Virus record (IMG/VR): IMGVR_UViG_3300042564_004185
Span: 1-15,197 of that record
DNA: 15,197 nt
Source: a virus
Taxonomy: Duplodnaviria > Heunggongvirae > Uroviricota > Caudoviricetes
Direction: 5' to 3' (one strand)
The position numbers were made by a program, and so were the translations under genes. The notes beneath the pieces are model-generated. The model saw only the letters and a program-made list of their open reading frames with translations. It had not been told where the DNA came from and did no database searches. Positions 1 through 8,500 of the stretch are shown here, piece after piece; position 1 is the stretch's first letter, and each line of letters begins with the position of its first letter.

Positions 1-399
1 CAGCTTCCAAGCTATGTAGACGACGTTATTGAGGTTAGTAGCTTTGCAACATTACCAATTACTGGTGAAACTGGTAAAATTTATATAACATTAGATACAA
101 ATAAAACTTATCGCTGGACAGGTTCAACGTATGTTGAAATCTCGTCTTCACCAGAAAATTTAGTTATAACATTTGATGCATCAACCAATTGGACTTTAAT
201 TGCTGATGAATATGTTTTATCAATTCCAGCAGCAACGCATCTAAAAGGTACAAATCCTCAAGTTCAAATACTTGAAAACGATGGTTCTGACTTTGCTCAA
301 GTCATCGTATATACTGCAATAACTACTGACGGTGATATTGTTGTAGCTGTCCCACAGTCTCCAGATAACAGGTTCGCAGGTAAAGCAATTATTTCATAA
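1..399 (+). CDS. 5'-truncated phage fibre/virion structural protein (last 132 aa); not in the supplied ORF track
   Basis: Frame 1 is open from base 1 to TAA at 397-399: QLPSYVDDVIEVSSFATLPITGETGKIYITLDTNKTYRWTGSTYVEISS...IPAATHLKGTNPQVQILE...PDNRFAGKAIIS. I recognise QLPSYVDDV...GKIY...TNKTYRW.GS.YVEIS as a recurrent motif of phage fibre-type proteins. Confidence 0.85.
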   Translation, partial: QLPSYVDDVIEVSSFATLPITGETGKIYITLDTNKTYRWTGSTYVEISSSPENLVITFDASTNWTLIADEYVLSIPAATHLKGTNPQVQILENDGSDFAQVIVYTAITTDGDIVVAVPQSPDNRFAGKAIIS

Positions 400-410
400 A
401 GGGTATATAA

Positions 411-3400
411 ATGGCTCGTTCAACGAAAATCAAAAGTAAGTTAATTGCAGAAGATTCAGTAGAATTTAGTCAATTAACCCCTGAAACTGTTCCAGTTTTA
501 GATAGTGATAAAAATATCATCTCTTCTGTTGTAACTCCGGATGAATTAGCTAATTTATCTGGCACAACTTCACCAATTCAAGATCAATTAAACGATGAAT
601 CAGATCGAGTTACTGAAATTGAAGATAATAATAAAGTATTAAAAGTATATGCTTATGAAAATAACGCTCAGGTATTTGCTGATGGTCAGCCGGGTGTTAA
701 AGATCCTTCCGCTCTAATACGAGACGGATGGTATTTTAAAAACGAAGTTGCTGGACAAAAAATCAATTGGTATTACTTTGATGGCTTAAATCAAGGTACT
801 GTAACTCTCGGTGAACTCAATTCTGTTTACGCTGTTATGACGTTTGATTCAATTTCAGCACCAATTATCGCAGTATACACTTTGCCAACAGGTACAGGCG
901 ATGTCATTCCGGGGTTTGCACATTCAAGAATTGTATATGATGGTGTGATGACTCCCACTCCGGTTGTAGGTAAAAAATATTTAGTTTATGGAGGAGCAGA
1001 ACCTACTGTTCATCCTGAACTTTCTAGAATAAATTTGGCTTTAGTACCTGCTCAATCAATCGGTGAACAATTACCGGGCGAGCAAGTATTGACTATTTCA
1101 TTTGGTTCTAGTTCCGGTGCAACAGTTAATCAAGTTCAGTTTATGGTTGAATCTATGGGGTTGTTTTCAACTCCAGTTAAACATGAAATGGATCTTAGAA
1201 TCCGTGTTGCTTCACAATTAGAACTTGATACACACGAAGCAAACACATCGAATCCACATTCTGTAACTAAAGATCAAGTTGGATTGGGTAATGTCGATAA
1301 TACTTCAGATGCCGATAAACCAGTGAGCGATGCGACTCAAGATGCACTAGATTTAAAATACGATGCATCAAATCCATCTAATTTCGTTGATGCAATCGGA
1401 GCCGCAAGTGCTGCACCCGTCCAAAGTGTAAATACTCAAACAGGTGATGTTGTACTTGATAAGACAGATATTGGGCTTGGTAATGTTGACAATACTTCAG
1501 ATGCGGATAAACCTATAAGCGATGATACTCAAGCTGCATTGGATTTAATTACGGATATCAATTGGACTGGTGATTACGATAACGGGGTAACATATAACGT
1601 TGGCGATGGTGTAATGTTTAATGGTGCTTCGTTTAGAATGATTAGTTTTATAGGAGCTGCCGGATATCCACCGTCTTCCTATCCGGGGAGTTGGCTTCAA
1701 GTTACAGATTATCTTTCAGCTAATGATATCGGGTTAGACCAAGTTGACAATACTTCGGATGCGGATAAACCTATAAGCGATGCGACTCAAACAGCTTTGG
1801 ACGATAAAGTTTCTAAAGCTGGCGATACAATGACTGGTCAGTTGACAATTTTAGATGCATCTATTGTAATCGATCACAGCATAACACAAGCCATACCCAC
1901 AACAACTGAACTTGGTGCTAACTATACTTTAATGCTCAGTAACGATGGTGTCGATTCAAGCGAGTCAAGCCAAACATCTTCTTCATTTAGACTAAATAGA
2001 ACCAATGCAGCCTCTACAACTTCAGACACAAATTTGGTAATTAGTGTTGAAGATGGTGCTCCATTTATTAACGGACAAGTTACTGATTATGCTAATGAAT
2101 TCACAAGAAATTTAACGTTAAGTTCAGAATCTCTTAGTATAACAGTCAACGATGACTCGATTGGTGATTCAACTATTGGGGCAATAGGTGCTGGGTCTTT
2201 TGTTATTCAAACAACATTAGCCGATACATCATATACGTTAATTGAAGGCACGAGTACAGGTATTTCAGCAACTAGATTTGATACAACTACTGTAACTCCT
2301 TTAATGCCGACTTTACCAGAGCATTATACTGTTAAAGAATATGTTGATAATTTAGTTAGTGGTGGTGAGACAGGTCTTCTTGAAAAGTTCCAAGTAATGA
2401 AGGAGCCGACTGGATTTGTTAACAGAACAAGTTCAACTACTTCGTTTAGTGATCTTACAAGAGAATTCACAATACAACCGACTGCATCTTCATATGAAGT
2501 GTATGTTCAAGCAACAAAATTTATTAAATCAAGTGCTGAAACAATCACAATCGATAATGCAAGTGGTAATCACTATATTTATTTTAATAGTGCTGGAACA
2601 TTATCTTCTACGCAAGTACTAAATGCTGATTTGTTTCAAAATAACGCATTAATTTCAATTATTTATTGGAATACAGATACTTCAACTCATTCATATTTTG
2701 CAGAAGAAAGACACGGATTGTCTATGGATGGTGCCACACATTCATATTTACATACTGTTTTTGGTGCAAGATATCTATCTGGATTAGCACTAGAGGGATT
2801 TGTATCAGATGGTACGGGTAATTTTGATTCAAATGCTATTTTTTATTCTGATTCAGGATCTATTAGGGACGAAGATTTACTTATTTCAATTTTAACACAA
2901 TCTGATATCCCCGTATTGTATAGACAAGGTGTTTTGTGGAGAAAGAAAGCTGCTGATATGTTTCCTATAATTTACAGTGGAACGGCAGGATATACCGGCA
3001 CAAGAATTCCATTTAATGAATTAACAGGTGGGAATTGGCAATTAACTGAAATAGCGAATAATTCATTTGTTCTTGTACACGTATTTGCAACTAATGATAA
3101 AGAAAATCCAATCGTTGCAATCCAAGGTATAGCAACATATGGTAATGTAACAGCAGCTAGATTAGCAGCAAGCACCGAAATTACAAGCCTAAGTGGTCTT
3201 CCTTTTGCTGAATTCGTCGCGTTGGGAAGCGTTGTTTTTGAATCTTCTAATTCTTATACCAATACACCAAAAGCTAGAGTAAGATCGGTGAATGGTGGGG
3301 ATTACGTTGATTTCAGAGGAACTCAACTTTATACACCGGCAGGAGAACCAACTACTCACAGCCTATTATCTAATCTATCAAGTGACGATCACCTCCAGTA

Positions 3401-3809
3401 TCATACTGATGCTCGTGGAGATGCTAGATATTACACTAAATCAGAAGTCGATGCTCTAATTGGAGCAGGTGGAAGTGCTGGTGATATAGCTGAAACAGAG
3501 GTAAGTCTTTCTAATTTCCAAACAAGTCCACAAAATATCACAGGATTTGCATTTTCAAACGCTGTTGTCCGTGGATTCAGTGCTTTAGTTACTGTGGAAA
3601 TTGACGCAACTAGTGATTTATTTGAACAATTTACACTAAACGGTATACAAAAAAATGGTTCATGGAATATGTCCATTGAATCGATAGGTGACAATACGGG
3701 TATAGTATTTTCAATAACTTCCAGTGGGCAGATTCAGTACACTTCTCCTGCCTATGCTGGATTTACAAGTGCAGATGTTAAATTTAGAGCAATAACAACG
3801 AGTTTCTAG
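411..3809 (+). CDS. Mosaic tail fibre / receptor-binding protein, 1132 aa
   Basis: Long Thr/Ser-rich ORF with SD-like AAGGG upstream. Fibre-type motifs: SSVVTPDELANLSGTTSPIQDQLN; HEANTSNPHSVTKDQVGLGNVDNTSDADKP (core repeated three times); PVQSVNTQTGDVVL; KVSKAGDTMTGQL; DDHLQYHTDARGDARYY. It also has a CBM5/12-like segment at 1557-1703. Confidence 0.8.
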   Translation: MARSTKIKSKLIAEDSVEFSQLTPETVPVLDSDKNIISSVVTPDELANLSGTTSPIQDQLNDESDRVTEIEDNNKVLKVYAYENNAQVFADGQPGVKDPSALIRDGWYFKNEVAGQKINWYYFDGLNQGTVTLGELNSVYAVMTFDSISAPIIAVYTLPTGTGDVIPGFAHSRIVYDGVMTPTPVVGKKYLVYGGAEPTVHPELSRINLALVPAQSIGEQLPGEQVLTISFGSSSGATVNQVQFMVESMGLFSTPVKHEMDLRIRVASQLELDTHEANTSNPHSVTKDQVGLGNVDNTSDADKPVSDATQDALDLKYDASNPSNFVDAIGAASAAPVQSVNTQTGDVVLDKTDIGLGNVDNTSDADKPISDDTQAALDLITDINWTGDYDNGVTYNVGDGVMFNGASFRMISFIGAAGYPPSSYPGSWLQVTDYLSANDIGLDQVDNTSDADKPISDATQTALDDKVSKAGDTMTGQLTILDASIVIDHSITQAIPTTTELGANYTLMLSNDGVDSSESSQTSSSFRLNRTNAASTTSDTNLVISVEDGAPFINGQVTDYANEFTRNLTLSSESLSITVNDDSIGDSTIGAIGAGSFVIQTTLADTSYTLIEGTSTGISATRFDTTTVTPLMPTLPEHYTVKEYVDNLVSGGETGLLEKFQVMKEPTGFVNRTSSTTSFSDLTREFTIQPTASSYEVYVQATKFIKSSAETITIDNASGNHYIYFNSAGTLSSTQVLNADLFQNNALISIIYWNTDTSTHSYFAEERHGLSMDGATHSYLHTVFGARYLSGLALEGFVSDGTGNFDSNAIFYSDSGSIRDEDLLISILTQSDIPVLYRQGVLWRKKAADMFPIIYSGTAGYTGTRIPFNELTGGNWQLTEIANNSFVLVHVFATNDKENPIVAIQGIATYGNVTAARLAASTEITSLSGLPFAEFVALGSVVFESSNSYTNTPKARVRSVNGGDYVDFRGTQLYTPAGEPTTHSLLSNLSSDDHLQYHTDARGDARYYTKSEVDALIGAGGSAGDIAETEVSLSNFQTSPQNITGFAFSNAVVRGFSALVTVEIDATSDLFEQFTLNGIQKNGSWNMSIESIGDNTGIVFSITSSGQIQYTSPAYAGFTSADVKFRAITTSF
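1278..1802 (+). repeat. Three dispersed 75-bp (25-aa) direct repeats in the fibre gene: 1278-1352, 1470-1544, 1728-1802
   Basis: Peptides VGLGNVDNTSDADKPVSDATQDALD / IGLGNVDNTSDADKPISDDTQAALD / IGLDQVDNTSDADKPISDATQTALD. The 40-nt DNA cores at 1485-1524 and 1743-1782 match at 39/40; the core at 1293-1332 matches the second at 34/40. Confidence 0.97.
1557..1703 (+). other. CBM5/12-like (chitin-binding type 3-like) small aromatic module within the fibre
   Basis: INWTGDYDNGVTYNVGDGVMFNGASFRM...GYPPSSYPGSWLQV fits the W...Y.....Y..GD.V..NG..(Y/F)......PP......W pattern of that family. Recognised by eye; ligand unknown. Confidence 0.6.
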
Positions 3810-3815
3810 GTTCTT

Positions 3816-3827
3816 TTAACAACTAGT
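3816..3827 (+). promoter_or_regulatory. Intergenic motif TTAACAACTAGT, copy 1; candidate phage promoter or operator, inside a possible hairpin at 3811-3835
   Basis: Identical 12-mer at 10804-10815; the two copies occupy the two longest intergenic gaps. Function is inferred. Confidence 0.55.
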
Positions 3828-3860
3828 TAAGAGGAATTTCAACAAATTAGGGGTATAGTT

Positions 3861-4265
3861 ATGGTAAAATCGGGTAAAAAAATGTCTCCAATGGAGGCTA
3901 AAGGTAAACTAGCTAGTCTTCAGGAGCTAATGAAAGACATGGATAGCATGATGATGGATGGAATGAAAGGCAAAAAAGGTATGGCTAAAGTATCTGTTAT
4001 GTCTGACTCTCCAGAAGGATTGAAGGAAGGTCTTGAAAAAGCAGAAGATGTGCTTGAAGATGAATCCGATGAAGGATCTGAAGTTACATTACCTAAATTT
4101 GGTTCAAAACAAAAATCCGGTGCTCTTATGGAAGAAGAAGAGTTTGAGGAAGATTCACAAGATGATTCAGAAGACGAATCAGAAGATTCATCTGAAGAAG
4201 AATTAGACCGTAAAATTGCAGAATTAATGGCGAAAAAGAAATCGAAGAAATCTAAACAAATTTAA
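3861..4265 (+). CDS. Hypothetical acidic, Met-rich, probably disordered protein, 134 aa
   Basis: SD-like AGGGG upstream. 13 Met residues, a long Asp/Glu tract (EEEEFEEDSQDDSEDESEDSSEEELD) and Lys-rich termini. Confidence 0.85.
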   Translation: MVKSGKKMSPMEAKGKLASLQELMKDMDSMMMDGMKGKKGMAKVSVMSDSPEGLKEGLEKAEDVLEDESDEGSEVTLPKFGSKQKSGALMEEEEFEEDSQDDSEDESEDSSEEELDRKIAELMAKKKSKKSKQI

Positions 4266-4280
4266 TTAAGGGTGTAGAAC

Positions 4281-5513
4281 ATGGCAAAACGCCCTCATTA
4301 CACTTCAAATGAGCTAATTGAAGCTGTAAAACGTAAAATTTCAATGCCAATTACACAGGTTACTTTTTCTAACGACGAAATATTAAATTTCGCAAATGAA
4401 GAATTATTTCTTGCTCAAGTTCCTAGTATTATGCAATATCATGAGGAATATTTGGTGTATAGACACAATGTACCCCTAGTGTCTCAAATACAAAAATATG
4501 ATATTCCTGATAGAGCGATCGGAATGAAATTGAGGGATCTTTTCTTTAAAGACGATAATGGTAACTTGTATGAAATGACAAATACAGGGGCTTCCAATCA
4601 GGATTATTTCCAACAAAATTCATTTGGTGTTAATATTCCTCGTTATTTTTTCGTTGAAAACAATTCAATCGTTTTATCAACTGATATAACTAATTCAGCT
4701 CCCGGTTCTTTAGAAATGATATATTATCTAAGACCAAATTCACTAGTTGAAAATGAAAGAGCAGCCATTTGTATTAATTTCACTAAATTAATTACTATCA
4801 ATAGCGCATCATTATCCGAGGATGCAGGTGATACATTAAAAATTAATGGTCATATTATCACAATACCTGTAGAATGGGAACCCGGTGTTCCAAGTGGTGT
4901 GAGTTCATCAACTGACGCTTCTAAAATTAATCAATTAATAAATTCTTTAAATATGGATGGTGTAACATCGACCGTTAGTACAAATACAATAACTATAAAA
5001 TATGAAAATAGGAATATGGATATTGTATCTAGTAACTCCGCTGGTATTTCAATATCAACAAAATTAGGTATTCAATGTTCGCACGTTCCTGATCATTTCA
5101 CAGATCGTTTACTTGTTGATTTTTTACAAACATCAGGTGGACATAAGACATATGTGTTTGATATAAGAATCCCTACTGGTGCAATTTCAGCTAATACTCT
5201 ATTTTTTGAAGATTCAATTGTCCCTAAAGAGTTTAAAATTGACGATTATATTTGTGAACAATACGAATGTATAATTCCTCAAGTACCAAGTGATTTACAT
5301 AATTTACTTGCTGAAAGAACTTGTGCTAGAATATTAGAAGCATTGGGTGATCAAGCTGGATTGCAAACAGCTAATGCTAAAATTGCAGAATTAGAACAAA
5401 GACAAGCAACTGTTATTGATAATCGAGTTGAAGGTGCGCCTAAAAAAGTATTTGCTAGGCATAGTTTGTTAAGATACGGTAAAGCTCGAAAATCTAGAGG
5501 TAGTTCTTTATAA
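4281..5513 (+). CDS. Probable head-to-tail adaptor (tail tubular protein A class, functional analogue of T7 gp11 / P22 gp4), 410 aa
   Basis: Lies directly upstream of the nozzle. Helical N-terminus (TSNELIEAVKRKI...DEILNFANEEL), beta-rich middle (YDIPDRAIGMKLRDL...MIYYLRP) and helical C-terminus (IPQVPSDLHNLLAERTCARILEALGD) fit the adaptor layout. The ORF is certain; the function is inferred. Confidence 0.65.
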   Translation: MAKRPHYTSNELIEAVKRKISMPITQVTFSNDEILNFANEELFLAQVPSIMQYHEEYLVYRHNVPLVSQIQKYDIPDRAIGMKLRDLFFKDDNGNLYEMTNTGASNQDYFQQNSFGVNIPRYFFVENNSIVLSTDITNSAPGSLEMIYYLRPNSLVENERAAICINFTKLITINSASLSEDAGDTLKINGHIITIPVEWEPGVPSGVSSSTDASKINQLINSLNMDGVTSTVSTNTITIKYENRNMDIVSSNSAGISISTKLGIQCSHVPDHFTDRLLVDFLQTSGGHKTYVFDIRIPTGAISANTLFFEDSIVPKEFKIDDYICEQYECIIPQVPSDLHNLLAERTCARILEALGDQAGLQTANAKIAELEQRQATVIDNRVEGAPKKVFARHSLLRYGKARKSRGSSL

Positions 5514-5525
5514 AAGGAACAATAA

Positions 5526-8500
5526 ATGGCTTCAAATGCTATATTAGCTGCGGCAGGTTTAGTTACCTCCCCAAATCAATTAAATACACAAGAAGGATCA
5601 CTATCTGAAGCAAGTAATGTCGTCATTAAAAGAGATGGTATTATTGAGCAAAGAAGAGGTTTTTCAACATACGGTGACAATTTACCTTCCTCAGTAAATA
5701 GGGCGAAGCAGATAACGTCATATCGTCAACGAATACTAAGACATTATTCATCAAAATTACAGTTCGACTCGAATGGGGTTGGTAGATTTGTTGATATCGA
5801 TGGGTCAGTTATTGAGACTGAGACAGGATTAAGAATTAAATTCGTTGAATCCAATGGTAATCTATACTTTACAACACAAAATGGTATTAAAAAATTATCA
5901 GCTAAGGATTCTGCTGATTTAGCGATTATGTCGGTTGAAACTTCCGGAATTGAAAAAGCTCTAGATATCAAAGCAAGTACTAAAATTATTGATAACTTAC
6001 AATCAGGATTCTTACCTCAAGATTCAACAGTTGCCTATCGTGTAGTATGGAATAAAGAAGATCGAAATAATAACTTAATTACTGGTGCTCCTTCACAAAG
6101 GGCAATTGTCAGTCTTCCAATGTCTCAGTTGATCATTCGTGACACAATGCGACTATTACAAAAATTGGATGAATTAGATAATTTAGATCCTAGTACTGCT
6201 AGGATTGACGATGGTAACTATTTACAAAATTTAAAATTGCAATTATCTTCTTCACCGACTGAATTAAGATCAAACTTGATCGCATTGGCGGCTAAGCTCG
6301 ATAATGATATTATTTTAGCCAAACAATCTGTTTCAACACCTGCTCCTGTAAGATTAACAGGTGGTTCAATTGATAACGGTGTTGCAACTATTACATTTGA
6401 AATGGTTACAGCTGCTGATTTAGCTGCTTTGAATGCTCTAGTTACAAAACAAACATATATTATTTATAAAGCTCTTGATACTAGTAAATTATATCAATGG
6501 GATGGATCTGCTTTTATTGAAAAAGAAATACTTAAAGATTATTTTTCAAGTGGATTAGGTATCTATCTTTCAGGGTTCTCGTTATCTACAAGAGAAGAAA
6601 TACAGACAATTAAGTTTACTTTAAGTGATGCTCCTACTACCCCAGACTCTGGAAATTTAACGATTAAATATAAATTGAGTGAATCTGCTGCTATACCTTA
6701 TACAGCATCTAATGCTGATATAAAAAGTGCAATTAGTAAGGTTGATGGTTTAGAGTATATAGAAGATGTTCAAGGATCTTGGTCAACCGGGTTTACTTTA
6801 ACTTTTTCAAACGTTAGTGGTGATTTAGATCAAATATTAGTTGGACCTGCTACAACTCTTAAAACTGGAGCAACATTTGTTGTAGTCACAACTGGTACAA
6901 CTCAAAATGGTATTGCTGAAATTGAAGGGGATTTAAATGGTGCCCAGACAGTTTCTCTTGTTTCGGAAAATACAATTAAATTTAATACAAAATCAATAGG
7001 TGTTGTCACGGTTGCAACAGACGCTGAAATTAAATATAATGAATTTAGATCAATCCCAAATCCAGTTGAACCATCAATTCCTGCCCTACATATTCAGTTA
7101 GAATCTATTCAGGTGTATTTTGATACAATATTACAAACATTACAAAATTTACCAAATTCAATTGTTGCTGAATATGAGCTTTTAAAGTATGCCTCATTGA
7201 GTGCTTTTCCTTCTACTGGTCAAATAAAAAAAGTATACCAAGCGCAGGATACAGAAATCAAATATCTGTGGGATGGTACGTCTTATGTTGAGGGTAATGA
7301 TGATAAAGGTAATTTAGATTCAATTGATTTAACCACAACAGCGAATGTTCAAATCACGTTTACAATCCCTGAAAATATAACAGTAGATGATTTTTATCAA
7401 GTATATAGGTCTTCAATTGCACAAGCAACAGAGACTGCAATTTTAGATGATTTAAGCCCTAATGACGAAATGAAATTAGTGTTTGAAGCATATCCGAATC
7501 AAACTGAAATTAATTTGAGATCAATTACAATAATAGATGAAACGCCTGAAATTTTTAGAGGAGCTAATCTCTATACAAATGCTGCAACAGGTGAAGGTGC
7601 TTTACAAACGAATGACCAACCTCCTTTTGCTAAGGATATCAATCGTTATCGTAACTCTGTTTTTTATGCAAATACTCGAACCAAACATAGACTGGATTTA
7701 AATTTATTACCAGTTGAAAATATGGTTCAAAATTATGATGAAAATGATAAACCTAAAATAACAATAACAAATGGTACAACAACAAACACATACAGTTTTG
7801 TAACTGGTAAAAATGAAATAGTGAAGGTCGTTGTTAATTCAACTTCTGTTGTTGGTGAATCTTTTAAATTATTTTCAGCAAGAGGATTAAAATATAGGGT
7901 TTATTTTAATACATCACCTGTTCTTGATCCTGATGAAATCGGTGTTAAGGTTGAAATTGGTGCATCTCCAACTATTCCGGAGATAGCAATTGCATTGTCT
8001 GATAAATTGTCTACTTTATTAGATGATTTTTCAACAACATATGATTCAGCGGCTTCAAATACTGTAATTATCGACAATGTTGAAGTTGGTGAAGTTCAAA
8101 ATGCAGTAGATGTAAATCCAGCATTCGCAATTAGTGTTGAGCAAGAAGGAAGATCTTCAAAAATAGAAGGTGGAACATTGGATGTGTTACTCTCAACTCA
8201 GATATCTCTTGGGCAAGCAGTTGATGAGACAGCTAAGGCACTGGTTGAAGCAATCAATAAAAACGCAAATGAATCTGTCTATGCATTTTATATGTCTGCA
8301 GTCGATGACGTACCGGGAAAAATACTGTTAGAAAGTAGATCATTAGAAGATATCAATCCGTTCTATGTTGTTGCTAATAACTCAATCACTGGAGCTTCTT
8401 TTAATCCAGATATTAGTCCTGACTTACAAATTACAAGTATTGTGTCTACTTTGGGCGATACATTAATCACTACTGACGGAAATCATAATCTATCTACGGG

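Noticed and set aside
405-412. T4-type late promoter (TATAAAT)
   Set aside because: It reads TATAAATG rather than TATAAATA, overlaps the start codon and is not repeated at other gene starts.
1293-1782. Diversity-generating retroelement template/variable repeat pair
   Set aside because: The repeats are short, all in frame within one gene, mismatches are not confined to adenines, and no reverse transcriptase is present in the window.
1278-1802. CRISPR array
   Set aside because: Only three degenerate protein-coding repeats, with 117- and 183-nt spacers that encode protein; no cas genes.
3811-3835. Rho-independent terminator
   Set aside because: The stem is AU-rich with two G-U pairs and lacks a downstream U-tract on the + strand. 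Kept only as part of the repeated-motif finding.
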